From Nymphaea colorata (taxonomy: Eukaryota), in assembly GCF_008831285.2 (NCBI RefSeq), contig NC_045138.2, positions 27,280,001-27,344,000 of the forward strand: DNA of 64,000 nt. Direction: 5' to 3'. Below the pieces are notes generated by a model. It saw nothing but the letters and a program-made list of their open reading frames with translations. It did no database searches and had not been told where the DNA came from. Every line of letters begins with the position of its first letter. Position 1 is the stretch's first letter. Below, one piece after another: positions 1 to 14,100 of this stretch. The position numbers and the translations under genes are program-made.

Positions 1-3000
1 TGTTGCTGAGGTAAGCTTGCTCTCCGTAGTTGATTGCTTTTTATTTTTATTTTTTTCTTTTGTATTTTTTCTCCGAGGAGCGTATTTGAATGGTCTACAG
101 TTAGATTCGTGCTTTATAAGGTTTGGAATTGCGTAGCATAATAAAATGAGGCATTCAGCTGTCATACGTCTGGTGTTTTATGGATATGTAGCTAAAATAA
201 TGTAATGTTTCTGACCGTCGCTAAGAAAAAGCGGCTGTTGGTCTTTGGTTTCATGCTCAGTGCCCCGGCCATTTGTCGGCCGAATGATGCTTAGAAATTA
301 GAACCATGTCGCTGTATCGAACAGTATTGCTGGTGAAACTAGTACGTTATGTGCATGGTAAAGGATTAAAAGAGAAATATCTGGTGCACGTGGAACTCCA
401 CTTCCTATCCCATGTATGTTCAGCTGTTAGGTTGCTGACAGTTTGTGTTGGAACGTTTCTTCTAGTTTATGTGCGGCACTTGATAGACTGCATCCTTATC
501 CGTTATGCTTTGTAGCCATTGATTGGAAATTTCTGTCGCAACATATGCTTGCCTCAGATTGTGTGACCTACAGTTGTATTCTTGTAGTTGTGGAGATGAT
601 GGACACATAAGAGGGTGGAAGTGGAAGAAAATTCTAAATGTTGAGGCTCCTTTGTCTATGAAAGGTAATTTGTACCTGGAGTTATTTTGCTAGCTATTGC
701 ATGGTAATATTCCTAACTGTAATCCATTCCTTCCTGTGCAATCCTCTTGTTTGTGATTCATGATAATGATGCAGCTTGCAGTGAGCTATGTATACGTGTT
801 ACTGTTATTTTTTATATTTTGTCATGGGAACTTGTATGTTCTATGTAGTGCTCCCGAAATATTCACTCAATTTCCTTATGCTTTACCTTGTTACAACAAC
901 TAATTTTGGCAGTCACAGACGCGGGATAAATCTCTGACGAACCATTTACAATTAGAGACCCATTTCTATTTCTCTTTTTTCTGATATAGAAGTTGTTAAG
1001 ATTGGTACCAGGATCTACAGCATGTCTCATTGTCTTGTTTATAGGCAGGAAGTTGATTTTGGTTAAGAAGTGGATGGTGTCACTTCTGAGCTTTACTATC
1101 AGATGTTCTGCTGCTGACTAAAGTGAATGTCAGTTATGGAGAATAATTTTTAATAGGTCAATTGGCTGTATAACATGGAGAGGTAGAGATAACTTCTATC
1201 ACTTTTTGGTATTTTGTTGACACACAGCACATGCAAAACATTGTCATAAGTTTGTAAGTTTTTAGTCGCGAATAAAAAAGGTCCATAATCATCAGCCATG
1301 GAAGCTGAAGATCCAAACCCTGTCAAAGTGCCTTTTGAGATCCATCCTGATGATAATGGTTAAGTGACAGGTTCTTCTAGCATTTTAGTTCAGTTGCTTG
1401 TCCAAAAATTCTCCATATTTATAGAACAATTTGTCTAATTTAAACTCTTCAAGATTACCAAAATTTAGAAGTGTTAGATGTAGGTGATGTTACTGTTCAT
1501 GTAGCTGAATGTTCTCTAGATGCATATTATGGAGCATAAAGTAGTTTGAGGATTTGTAGAAGGTTCTTAGGCAGTCCTGTTGTAAAACATATTCATCATA
1601 TTAAGTGAAGGAAACAGTCATACTCTATGGGCAAGGTTTCATAAGGATTCAAAATAATAACATATCACAAATTATAATTTGTCATTTATTGTTTACTTGC
1701 CCTCTCTGGGAACAAATAAACCACGTTTGGTGTAGGAGCCCTGGTCATGTTAGTTGAACTCGTACCTGCAATCACCTCCATAACAAAATAATACTCTGAG
1801 ATAAATGCCTCATAAACCCCGGCAGGCAGCAACCTTCAGCCAGGCAAGTATAGTGGAGTTGCGTGTTGTAAAAGGATATGATGAGGTTCAAACTCATGAC
1901 CTGCTGCATATTAACCAGGATCTTACCAGTTGTGTTTGCCCGTTGGCATGTGCTTGATCTACTCACGTGGACATTATCTCTGATAAGTTAACGAATTGGA
2001 TCGAGACTTTAGTTTGACAATGAATCTATGCTAGCCATGGCGGTTAAATTGCAAGTTTGTTAAGGTTATGAACAACGCATAGTTTCAATATTTTAATGCA
2101 AAATCTGAAACCTTCCAGGTTTTACATGGATAAATATGCCATCAATCAAGATAGTGCACTTTGTGACCTTTGGTTTGTTTTTTATTTGTTGGCTAATTCT
2201 AGGTTCATGGTCATCAAATGTTTCTCTTTGCTTGTTGTAATGGAACATCAATCTAATACTTAGTGGCTATGTGTCTATGCCTATCCATATGGGAATATAT
2301 GTAAATGTGTCTTGTGTACCATTAATAACCTGATGCTTTACTGCAGGGCACCATTTGAGCCCTTCATTTGATTTGGTGAGCCCTCAACACAGGTAAGTTC
2401 TTAAAGATTCAAGTTTTTTCTTTTTTTCCTAATAATTGATTTGATGATCTGAACTGTTTTCTGAGGCATTTTGGTTTTGCTTGTCACGATTGTGGTATCA
2501 TATCGTGAGAGACATTTCATTAATTGTCTTCTTATTATATAGTATGAGAGTGACTAGTTTGATATGGATGGGAAGAGCCACATACCTTTTTAAGTGTCAA
2601 TTGATCCTTTTTCCATGTCATTAACTATTTTTCTTCTAAACTTTTTCTATCATCAACCCTTCTTTCTAATGACAGCGTGATAGTGCTCAATTAGATTTTC
2701 TTTTTGTGCTATTTTTCTTGATGATTTATAGAGGGCCCTGGAATGCACTTTCACCAATTCCAGAAGTCAATTCTGTTGCTACTGATATACAAGTAAGTGG
2801 GTTTTCTTCCTCCCTTTTATTTTCAACAGGATATTTACATTGCTTGCAGTTTGCATTTAGGGTCTTCAGTTTTGTATGAATTTGTATCATAAATGTTGAA
2901 ACATGTTTGTTTTCAGTTTCTTTTAAAGTACTTTTTTTCTCTCCCTAATTTGATCGACAAGAGAGTTGTTTCTCATTGCCTGTGTCACCTGATACCTCTC

Positions 3001-6000
3001 TTGCATGCATACATGCATGTCCGTGGGTGCATGGATGCATATGTACGTACACATGTATGTACCATTTACTATAAAAACGTGGACATGTTTTCTATTGATT
3101 TAGTAAATATACTTACTACCATAATGCTGTCCAGAGAAGAAATTTATGTGGGTCGGATTAAAATTGACTATCTATAGAGGAGCGAAGTAGTTCATGTCAT
3201 AGACAAAATCTTTTAAGGGGAACCTCACTTCTGATAAGCACATTTCTGACCAGAAGCTTGATGCTTCTCCTGACCAGGGGAGGCTTGAAGAAACTCGTTT
3301 TTCATTTGTGGATGCTGGAATGCTTTTTCTATTTAGAAAGGAAAATTCATATCTCAAATGATCTATTTTCGCTTCATAGTTGATCTTCCAATTTTTTTCA
3401 TTGACTCATTCTTACTTTTCTCTTGATGCATTTTGTGTTTGTTGCAATAATATAAATGACAGATTGTACACTCAATTTTTTGTTAACTTTTACCTTACTT
3501 TCTACTCATTTTTCATATTTTTTTATTTAATATTTTTATTACTATTCTCATTTATATTTTTTTTGCTTCTATGATTGTTCTGTAAATGTATCTTAGTTCC
3601 TGCTCCGTGGCAAATTTTGTGGCTTAGTTGTTTGCCTCCGCTTCCTGTATTGCTTCCTATATCCATTTTGTATCCTGGTCACTATAATTTGTCTTACTGA
3701 ACTTTTGATGCTGTGCTTTTGATCTAGTCTTAGATCTTGAAGTGCTCTACGTATGACACTATCTCTTTAAGCCTGTGCTTCTATCTGTATTTCTAACTAC
3801 TCCCTATGCCCATGTTTGTGATGTGGAGTATCCTTGGAAGCATATCCTCAATCATGATTAGGGCTGGGCATTGGGCTGGGTACCCGTCCCGATTGGGCCC
3901 GGGTTCGGGCCTGAAAAAACGGCCTAGGCAGGCCCAGGTCAGACAAACGGGGCCTGATTCGGCTCGGCACGTTATTTAATATTATTTTTATTTTAATAAT
4001 GATATATATATATATATTATTAAAATATATATTTTATATTGAAAACATTTTATTTTATATTTGAAAAATATTTTTTTAATTTTAATCGGGCCGGGCCCGG
4101 GCTCGGGTTTCGGGTCTCGGGCCAGGCCGGCCTGATGCCCAGGCCTAATCATGATGGGCCGTGAGAAAGAAAAAACTATTGGCAACTATAGATCATAGTA
4201 GATCTATTTGATATTGAGGCATGGTCACCAGCATTTGAAGAGGAAAATGCCATTACTCTTACCTGCATTCCGTGATGGCTTTTTTTAGTCATAGGATTCA
4301 AATGCCATTGGAATTTTTGTTGCTTGGAAGCTACGTCACATAGGTGTGGGGTGCAGGTGTCGGAGCGGCACATCCCCAAAAATTTAGATGCGGGCGAGAA
4401 TATTTATTTGTTATTATTAATTTATTATAATAATATATATTGTTCTTACTAATTTATTATATATATATATATAGGAATTAAGAAATTTAGAGTATACACT
4501 ATAGTCTATACACTCTACATTACACACTTTATGGATAAATTACATATGAATATTATATATTACATACTTATAAGTTATAATGTATTTGTGTATATGAATG
4601 TAACATATTAAGCATTAACATGCTTACAAAGTACAAACATTAAACAAGTAAACAAAAAACAACAAAACCAGAATAGAACACAAAAATGGAAAAAAATGCT
4701 AAACCCTCTTTTTAACGCTAATTTTTTTTTAAATAAAAAATTATCAAAAAAGACGAAAACAGGCTTGACGCGGTTTGACTGCACCCGACTCGAGTCAAAC
4801 GCTAGTCGGGTGCGTGTCCAAATGGACGAAAATGGTCGTGTGCGGTCAGCTGCACCGGACTCTTGTTGGCTCGAGTCGGGTGAGAATGCGAGCTGTATCC
4901 ACACCCACACCTGCACTCGAACCGTGTCAACATGGGTGCGGCAGTCAATGTGCAGCGTCCGTGTGACTTAGCCTATTAGCTACTATGATGTTGTCAATAT
5001 TGGTATTGAAGGTGAATCATTTTGAGAGGATTGGCCATATTGATTTGAGGTGAATTAGCTTCTTCTTTTTTTCATTTTGACATTTAAAATACTTTTACAA
5101 GTTAATATCAATGGATCGAAAAGGTAAAAAAACCTGTCTTGTTTCAATGAGCAGCTGCATTTTAGCAGATGTGAACTGGTATTGATAATATTCATTTAAT
5201 TGTATTATATTTGGAACTTGAACTATTTACCTAAAGTTCCTTTTTCCATGTCAATTGACAAGTCAAAAAAATCTTCAGCATGCTTTGTTTCAGTTATGTT
5301 GTATGCATGTCCATCTTTCAGATGGTGACATTTATGTCATGTAAAGTGTTACTATGTTGTTTTTTTTACAGGGTGGGCGCCTTTTTGCAGCAGCTGGTGA
5401 TTCATGTGCCTATTGTTGGGACGTGGTAGGAATTTGTGCTTACTTGCAACTTCATATTTTTTCTTTTTGCTCCATTCAATTTTTTAAGCTGCATTCCCAG
5501 CTGTTGGTAATATTGAACACAACTAACAGTAGTCTTGAGGGTGTTATCTCTAGGCACCATTCCACTCCTTGGACACTGGAACTTGTCTACTTAAGATGGC
5601 AAGGAAAGCTAAATTCGACTGGGTCCAACTAGATTGAGTTATATTGATTGTGATAGGATAGTCAGGTTTGGAATAACACATACCAGTAACAAAGGTCTGT
5701 TAATTTAACTAAAAAGTTGCAGTTTTTATCACTTCAAAACAAGATTCCTGTATGTGCCAGTGGTGTTGCATTGATTGCCTTAAAGATGTAGTTTTTTTGG
5801 TCACATGAGCTCCTACAATAATGGTGAAGATTTCTGAGTGGCAGATACCTTTTTGCAGACTGTGAAATGGTTAGGGATGACAGAAGGATGGTTGTAGGAC
5901 AAGCAAGTCTAGTTGGGAAGGATAATGTAGTCACGAAGATGAAATTAACAGGCGTCTGAATGCTGGTGTTTCACTGTGGCAGTGGAACTAAAATGTTATA

Positions 6001-9000
6001 TCCACAAGAAAGTACAATACCACAACAATTGCGGAATAAAACTGCTGGGTGTTTAATTGTGGCCGTACAAGGATGGCGGCTTCCTCTTTCTTCATAGCCC
6101 AGCTGCTCTGGTGAAGTACTCAACAAGCTCTTCATTGCTTCTTATTAGACGAAAGATTTTTTTTTTAAAGCAAACCTAAAGAATCAACATTAATCAGATG
6201 CACACCTATGATTTTTTATGTTATTCCTATTTTTTTTCATGGCTACTTAAAAAATATTTCTGCTTACTTTTGGCAAGACATTAATATGGTGCGTAGAAAT
6301 GAGTGTGTAACGAATAACACAAAGTTAATTTTTTTTTATATTAGGTAGTGTTTGATGGCCTGGAAATCTGGAATTGGAAATATATTTCCTGAAAAAAAGG
6401 AATGAAATTTTTTTTCCAATTCCTATTTTGATGTGTGTGTGTGATAACTGAGAAATATATTTCCAGAAATATATTTCTGTGTTTGATGATAAAGAAATAT
6501 ATTTCCAGATTTTTAGAAAATAATTTCTTAGTTTGATAATAAGGGAACATATTTCTAGATTTACATAATCTTTTGATATAGTTTCTTAAACACACGGATA
6601 AATAATAAATGATCTACCAATGCCCTCAAATCATCTCTTCATCCACCGTCACCGTGTAAACCTTGTGGAAGGGGAAAGGAGGAGGTAGCAAACAGTCCCT
6701 CAAGAGCAGTGAATGCGAGCGTTAGCCACAGAAGCTCGAATTAGCTGTATAATTCTTAATATCAATGCCACAAAGACTAGGGAAAAGGTAGCTAGAAGCA
6801 CGATTCTAAACTGTATAATGCCCAAAGGAAGAACAGACAGTCGTAAGAAAATCTACAAATCCACCAAAAAAATTCTCAAAAGATCAACACTACAATAAAA
6901 ACATCTTACTTAAGATCCGCACGCTCTTCCTCATCAGACGAAAAAAAAAATGCTTGAAAAAACTCACAGAAGAAAAAGGCGTTATGCCACAAAGCGGCAG
7001 ATAGAAAGCATCAGACGAAAAAATAAATGGGAATTTCACTAGGAATTAGACAATACTAATCCTATGACCAATCCCACTAGACTGCCGCAAATACAAAAAT
7101 CCTCCAAGTAGAACAATCCAAGAAAATTTTCTACTAGGTGAGGTATGAACCAAGCAGAACTACACTTGGAGGATAAAAAGATGATGCAAAGGAGGGTGGA
7201 GAAGAAAACCTAGGTCGAGTTCGTCATCGCTTTTCTTTGGGATTTTGATCTCTGCAGCAACATTTTATAGAAATTTACCAACTTCAGCAACCTAACCATC
7301 ACGAGAATAAAGGTGGTAGTTCGAAGCTCAATGTACGAGCTTGAAAAGAGGACTAATACAATAACGAAGAAACATGAGATTATAAAAACTCGAATTTACC
7401 AGGAAACAAGCAAGCAAGCCTCCAATCTCCCCCAACGTGAATCGGGGTGGGAAGAGAAAGAGAGAGAGAACTGAAAATAAATTCATTCCAACGAAACAAT
7501 GGATGTAAAAAGAGAGAGAGACCTGAAAGCCCTGCTTGATGTAAAATGAATTCACCGCTACTAGACGCTATGCTGGTGAGGAGATGCCCAAATCAAGCCG
7601 CTGGTGAGAACGCTGTGCAGGAGGAAGAACGCTGTGCTGGCGACGGATGCGTTTGAGGCAGTAGCAGCGAGAGAAGGGTAAAGGCGTGACGAAGGCAGGT
7701 TGGGTGAAAAAAAAAACACGAGGGTTTGGAGCGAGGGTTTCGAGTGAGAGAGTGAGAGGGTTTTGAGCGAGACTCGTTTCAGCAGAATGAGAAAGACACA
7801 AGGAGGAGTAACGGGCAGTGGTGTTGAGGCTGCGGTGGGGGTTGAGGAAGCAGCAGGGTGAGGCACTGCCGAGGATGAAGATGAGAAGAGCAAGACGAGG
7901 AGAGAGGCTGGACGCGAGGAGAAGCGCCAACGGCCAAAAAAATATTTCTGGAAATTTTTTTCCAGCTCTCAGGTGGAAAAAAATTTCCGCAAAGATATTT
8001 CCAGAAATGGGTTCAACGGTTACTTTTTTCTTTCCTCGTTTGATGGAAAGGAAATTTTTTTAAAAATTTGAATTTTTTTTCTCGTTGCACAGTATATTTC
8101 CAACGCAACAAACGCCACCTTAAGGGTATCTTAGAACAGCTTAGTTTGTGTGGAAGTGGCTCTACACCCTGTGGTGTTAATTATATATGAACAGTTTTAT
8201 TTGTATGGTTCTGGTTATGACATGTTCTACACAACGGCAGTTATGCCTAATTATATGATGGTTTGTAAGTTGTAACAGCAAATAAGTTAAAGGCATCTTA
8301 TTCTACTACTGGTTTTTCAGTTTTGGGGGGAAAATGTGCACGAGTGAAAGAAAAAAAAATGAAGCAAAAAATAGATATTTACATATTACTCATTAAATTT
8401 TTTGTTATGGGTAGAGACAGCTAAACAGTTTTATTTAAATAATTTAATTAAGTCGAAAATCATATTTACTAACTGACCAAAATCTCAACCAACCCTTTAG
8501 TTGTTTGCATTCTGTTTAATTCAAAGGTCTCAACCACCGTTCTCTATCTGTCATACTAGTATTTATAAAAAAGAGTATTAGCAAGAGGCTGTTCATAAAA
8601 CTATTTGCAAAAAGACATGGCTGCCGAGGGCCATGGAACAGCTTGGGAGAGAAGGTCGAGTGAGGAGAGAGAAACTCAATGACAAAATTAGGGTTTCGTG
8701 TGAAACAGGGCATTTTTCCCTTTTATAAGAAATTTTAAAGTTGCCCCAAAATTTCTTGCATTTTTCTGGAAAAACTATAAAAATTGCAAAATGTTAATGT
8801 TGCCTCATTTTGTAAGAAAATATTTCCATAAAACTTAAAAGGGTTCGCGACCCCGTGTTTTGCAGATTTTGAATTCTTTTGGCAAATTCTAGAAACACAT
8901 GAGCTTATTCGAGTTTAATGATTCAAGTTCGTGTGACTCGAGTTTGACTCGCTTATAAACTCAAGTTTTAGTGTAAGCTTGAGTTTGACTCGTTTAACAA

Positions 9001-11103
9001 CAGAGCGGAGCTTGAGTCGTGCTGAACATCCCTAAAAATAAGGTACATGTCTTTTGAGAGAGAGAGAGAGAGAGAGAGCAGTTGTAGGTCAACAGAGTCG
9101 CACTGGAGAGAATAATGTGGCAAAAGTGAGAAATGTTAGGGAATGGGACAGCACTGAAAAAATGTGGGTATATGAGTGAAGCATATCTCTTTTCCTGTCG
9201 CTGTCTCAGACTCGCACCTTTCCTTCCTTTGGCCTTCTGCAGATATCATGCTTGAAAAATGCCCCTGCTGGAGCCTGAAAAGCTTTGTTGCAAAAACCTA
9301 GAGGCTGAATATGGGATCTGCAGATGATGTAACAAATGCAAATGATGTATATGATAATAAAATCCCCTTCATTGTCTCTTTATAGTGGATTTGTGATGCA
9401 CTTCCATACTTAGTTATTTTGGATGTAGCTGGTTCACAAGTCATAAAATCAATCTTGTTTCATGGTTTTAACATTCTTTTCATGGTGCAAAAGTTCCTGA
9501 TTAGGATTGTTTTCTTTTCCTGCAGATGATGTAACAAATGCAAATGATGTATATGATAATAAAATCCCCTTCATTGTCTCTTTATAGTGGATTTGTGATG
9601 CACTTCCATACTTAGTTATTTTGGATGTAGCTGGTTCACAAGTCATAAAATCAATCTTGTTTCATGGTTTTAACATTCTTGACTTTGGTGCAAAAGTTCC
9701 TGGTTAGGATTGTTTTCTTTTCATGGGGGAATGAAATGTTTCATCAATGGGCTGTTTACTTGGTCATATTTTTTTTTATCATCTTAATCATTGCTGGCAA
9801 ACTGTTGGACTTTCATGTCAAAGCTCCTTTTTTTTTTAATAATTTCAAAATTTATTTGTAATCCATATGCATCTCGTTTTCCAGGAAACAGGTACAAGAA
9901 CAATGACTTTTACTGGTCATAAAGATTATTTGCATTGTGTCATTTTCCGGAACACAACTAATCAGGTAAAAATTTCTCCTACTGAATTATGTATTGCAAA
10001 CACATTTTTCTTACCTGTAGGAAAATCCTGCCTCTGTTCCGTGCTGCTAAAATTTTCTTTTGAGAGCTTCCTTTCTGCTAATACTATTGAAAGATTGTAC
10101 TAGGAGATTACATATAATGCAGAAGCTCATTGAGTCCTTTTTCTGGGCAGATTAAGTCTCATTAGAGCCCGTTCCTTGTTTAGTCCTCGACCAATTTTCA
10201 CAAATAAAGTGTAGTTCATGTTCTATGTGACACTTTCTTGGTTTCCTTCTGTAATATGGTAAAACTGGGTTGATTAGACCATTCTGAACTCTTGCACAAC
10301 AGTTTATATGGGCTGTGAGATACCATCATGACTTGTGTTGGCTACTAAAAATAGTCAACCATAGGCTTACCTGCATATAGGTCAATTCATAACTTGCACA
10401 AGTATTTCATTGCACAAAAGTCCACAGATAGTTTTCTCCATCTTGCTTAATATTTGAGGGTGTTGGAATTAAATGTTTATTCACTGTCTTATGACAGTAC
10501 ATGTTTGTATCTAGTGTGATTAGTTCCTTTGGTGAGTTTATGCAAACAATATAGGCCTTTCTCACTCCCTGCTGAGATATCTTAAGAAAATAAATTTTGT
10601 GTTACAGATTTTTCTTAACAAGATTCTTATGTTTGATGCCTGACTATTTTTGTTCAATTATTTATTTTTTCATTTTCTATTTTTTAGATCATAACTGGTT
10701 CTGAAGATGGGACAGCGAAGCTATGGGGTGAGCATTAGTTCAATTACCTCAGTATTTGCATTGTGCTTCTAAGTTTGTTTCCCATTTTTCTCTGCATTCC
10801 ATGAACTTCAGTATGATCGTATGTAGTTACTAACTTACTATAGAGCATACATTTCCTCTTTTATTGGTGATTTATGATTCTGTTTATCCAATGTTGCACC
10901 AACGTCCATGGTTCATGTTACATGTTGCAACTTTCAACATGTCCAGTCTCCGGCTTGCGGTTTTCTTTATCCATCTAATCCCATTTATGGGCCTCCCTAG
11001 TTGGCCAGTAATTCCTTTCTGGTGATTTCCATCTTTTTGTGATTGTCTTCTGGACCAAACTTTTTCCAGGATTAACTATGTTTCACACCCATACACACAG
11101 ACA

Positions 11104-11176
<73 letters not shown>

Positions 11177-14100
11177 ATGAATAACATATTTCTTTTGTGG
11201 AAGTTTATTTTATGCCGTTTCCCTGTCATGGTCACTCCTTTCTATATCCTTGTGCATTTTGTCTTGAATTTGTGGAATTTTAGTTTCTTTAATCCTTTTA
11301 CCAATACACTTTGGTTGGGAAGTTTCCTTGATACCAGTAAGGCATGCAAAAGTGAATTCTTTAATTGTCTAATTTAGACTTGTATATGGTTTACTGCCTT
11401 TTCCATGAACATTTATTTGAACAATTGTCCTGTTCTGTAGACTGTAGAAGTGGTAAATGTGCACAAACCATAGATCCATCGACAAGCTTGCTCACACAGA
11501 AGGGAACTAAGAGAGATTTCTCATGGATTAGCTGCATAGCTATTGATAGTAGTGAAAACTGGTTGGTATGTACCTCAGTGTTGCATATGTTAATGGTTCT
11601 TATGGAACAGTACCTAGTAATGTTTTTCTTTTATTTTATGAGAATTCCAAAATTTGCCATGACTTCTGTTGTATTTAGCCTGGCTTCATGTGTAACTATG
11701 GAATCCGAGCTTTTAGTTGCTCTTAATGGACACATCATTGCATTGTAGTTGCATCTAGATGATGCTTCATTTTTTCATGGCATGACCAAAAAAAGTGAAG
11801 AATGAATGTAAAACAACCAGGCCAAAAAAGAAAAGTACCAACACAGGCAATCTATTATTATTTTATAGCACATGATCTTTGTGCCCTTAACCCCCTCTAA
11901 CACAATAGATTTCTCTGCTCCACTTCCCTGCTGCACAACCACCGCTACCATCATACCACCATATTTTATAGCACATTCTCTGTTCACTTGAGTTGCTGTT
12001 GAACTTAATGGTTGTTGTTCCGCTAATTTTGTCATTCAGGTTTGTGGAGGTGGTGACTGTTTATCCCTTTGGAGCCTTCCATCTTCTGAATGTATTTTAA
12101 GATTTGAAACACATTTCCCAATTCAAGATGCAATATTTGATAATAATCAGGTATTTTCTGAATTTTCCCTTCATCAGCAAAGTTTGGTGGCCTAGCTTAA
12201 GCCTAGTTAACAAGAAACCTTCATCATCTTGTTTTATCGAGTCCAGGTGATAGCTAGTTGACTAGTTGACCACCTAGCTTTGCATTCTTCGCTAGGAAGA
12301 ATAATGCATCATTTACCGTATGCTGCCTCGTAAATTTTATAACATCTTATCCATTTACGCATGTAGTATATGCTACTTCATGTTCCACGACATTGTGTCT
12401 GTTTTTGTTAGCATATTTTTGGGAATTGTTGTCTGAGTCCATGTTCTCAACCTACTTGTCTCAACTTCATTGGTTAGGTAGCCTGGTCTTAAAATTTATT
12501 TTTATGTTATATTTGCCAACCTGGGACTTTCTGTAATAGGATTAGATTTTCAAAAAATTGGGAAGATATCCCTCAGCAAAGATCTTTGGCAAGGAGATGT
12601 CTGGATTTGCTGTAAAGTGCATGCAACATTTGACTTGTCCTACTGTAACAGGTTTGTTCTACTGTAACGGGTTTTTACATCAGACACAAACTATGATATT
12701 GTTGTGCCTATTCTTAGCAAACAGGTGTCAGACCACACACATGTACATGCAAATGTGCATCTGTGATGCCATTTATGCCTAAACTACATTAAGACAGTTG
12801 TACTATGGTATGACATATCTTTAGTGGCTGGCCAAGCTGCCAACAAATACAATACAGAATATGTCAAAGTACTAAATTCAGTATAGCATCAAATGTTTCA
12901 CCATCTGCTTTCCTTCCAGGATGCTTTTTAATGGTTCTGAGTTTCTAATTATGTTAATGTATCAAGTAACAGGTTTTGGCAGTTGGGGCCAGTCCTTTGT
13001 TAACTCGTTACAACATTGATGGGAAGATTCTCTCACAGATACAATGTGCTCCTCAATCAGCATTTTCTGTTTCATTGCATCCTTCGGGTGTATGTTTACT
13101 TATCTTAACATGTTTTAAGATTTCATTTTAATAATGCACTTGTATTTATTTATGATCTGCCATTATTCTTCTTTTTAAATATTAAGATTTGTGTTTCATG
13201 GTGAGGATCATCTTTAACAATGTTTATGTACCTTTCTTGTAACTTTGCTTTGGTAACTTTTAGAAGATACTGATTATATGTATCTAGATGCTTGCAAGTG
13301 GCAAGCCCATGAGCATAAATCAAGCTTGAAATGTGACTCGTGGAATTTGGATGGAGCTTGACTAAAGCTTGGTCTTTACAGCTCAAGTTTGGGATGGTTA
13401 AGCTTGAGCGAGCTGCATATAAGATCTTATAGATATAGGTCTGTTATGTCTGTGCTTGTCCTTTTATGAGTCTAACCAAGTTTAAATGAGGCAACTTGAG
13501 CTTGGATCATTCAGGGAATGAGCTCAAATTATTAGTTCGAGCTTGAGTGGCTTTTCATGTTAGTCAAATTTCAACAGAGCTTATGTTGGTTGAGTTCAAG
13601 TTAATTGATCAATTATGCACACATATTTGCGTTTCGATACAGATTGTGCTTGCTTTGCTTTGTTTATTGTTGAGGTGGAGTAGATTGGCAATGTGGCAGT
13701 TGTAACTGGTGCTTATAGCATAAGCGTGCATAAATATGTAAAGATAGGTAAATGAGTGTAATATGACTTGCTGTAAGTGTTTGGCGAGCGAATGGAATGA
13801 TTAAAAAAAAAAACCTGGGCTTTGGTAACTATAGGCTGCAAGCTTTATGTTGTTCTTGTGATTCTGAAGTAACCAGATCACATGGATCTATGGTTTGCAT
13901 GCCTAAGGTGCACACTCTGACTAGAAATCATACTTGTGTTTTGCATGGCATCATTACTGTAAGAACCAATAAATTTTTTCTGAAAATGCAATCTAAACTT
14001 GTACCCAGTGTTTTCTTACTCAAAGAGGTTTTGAAAGGAATGTTATTGTCCAGTGTAAAGTTATTGTTAGCACCTGCATAAGGTTTTATCATTATTGGAT

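Noticed and set aside
9324..9500. Box C (ATGATG) and box D (CTGA) suggesting a duplicated intronic snoRNA
   Set aside because: Long spacing, imperfect box C, no terminal stem or rRNA guide recognised, and box D is lost in the second copy.
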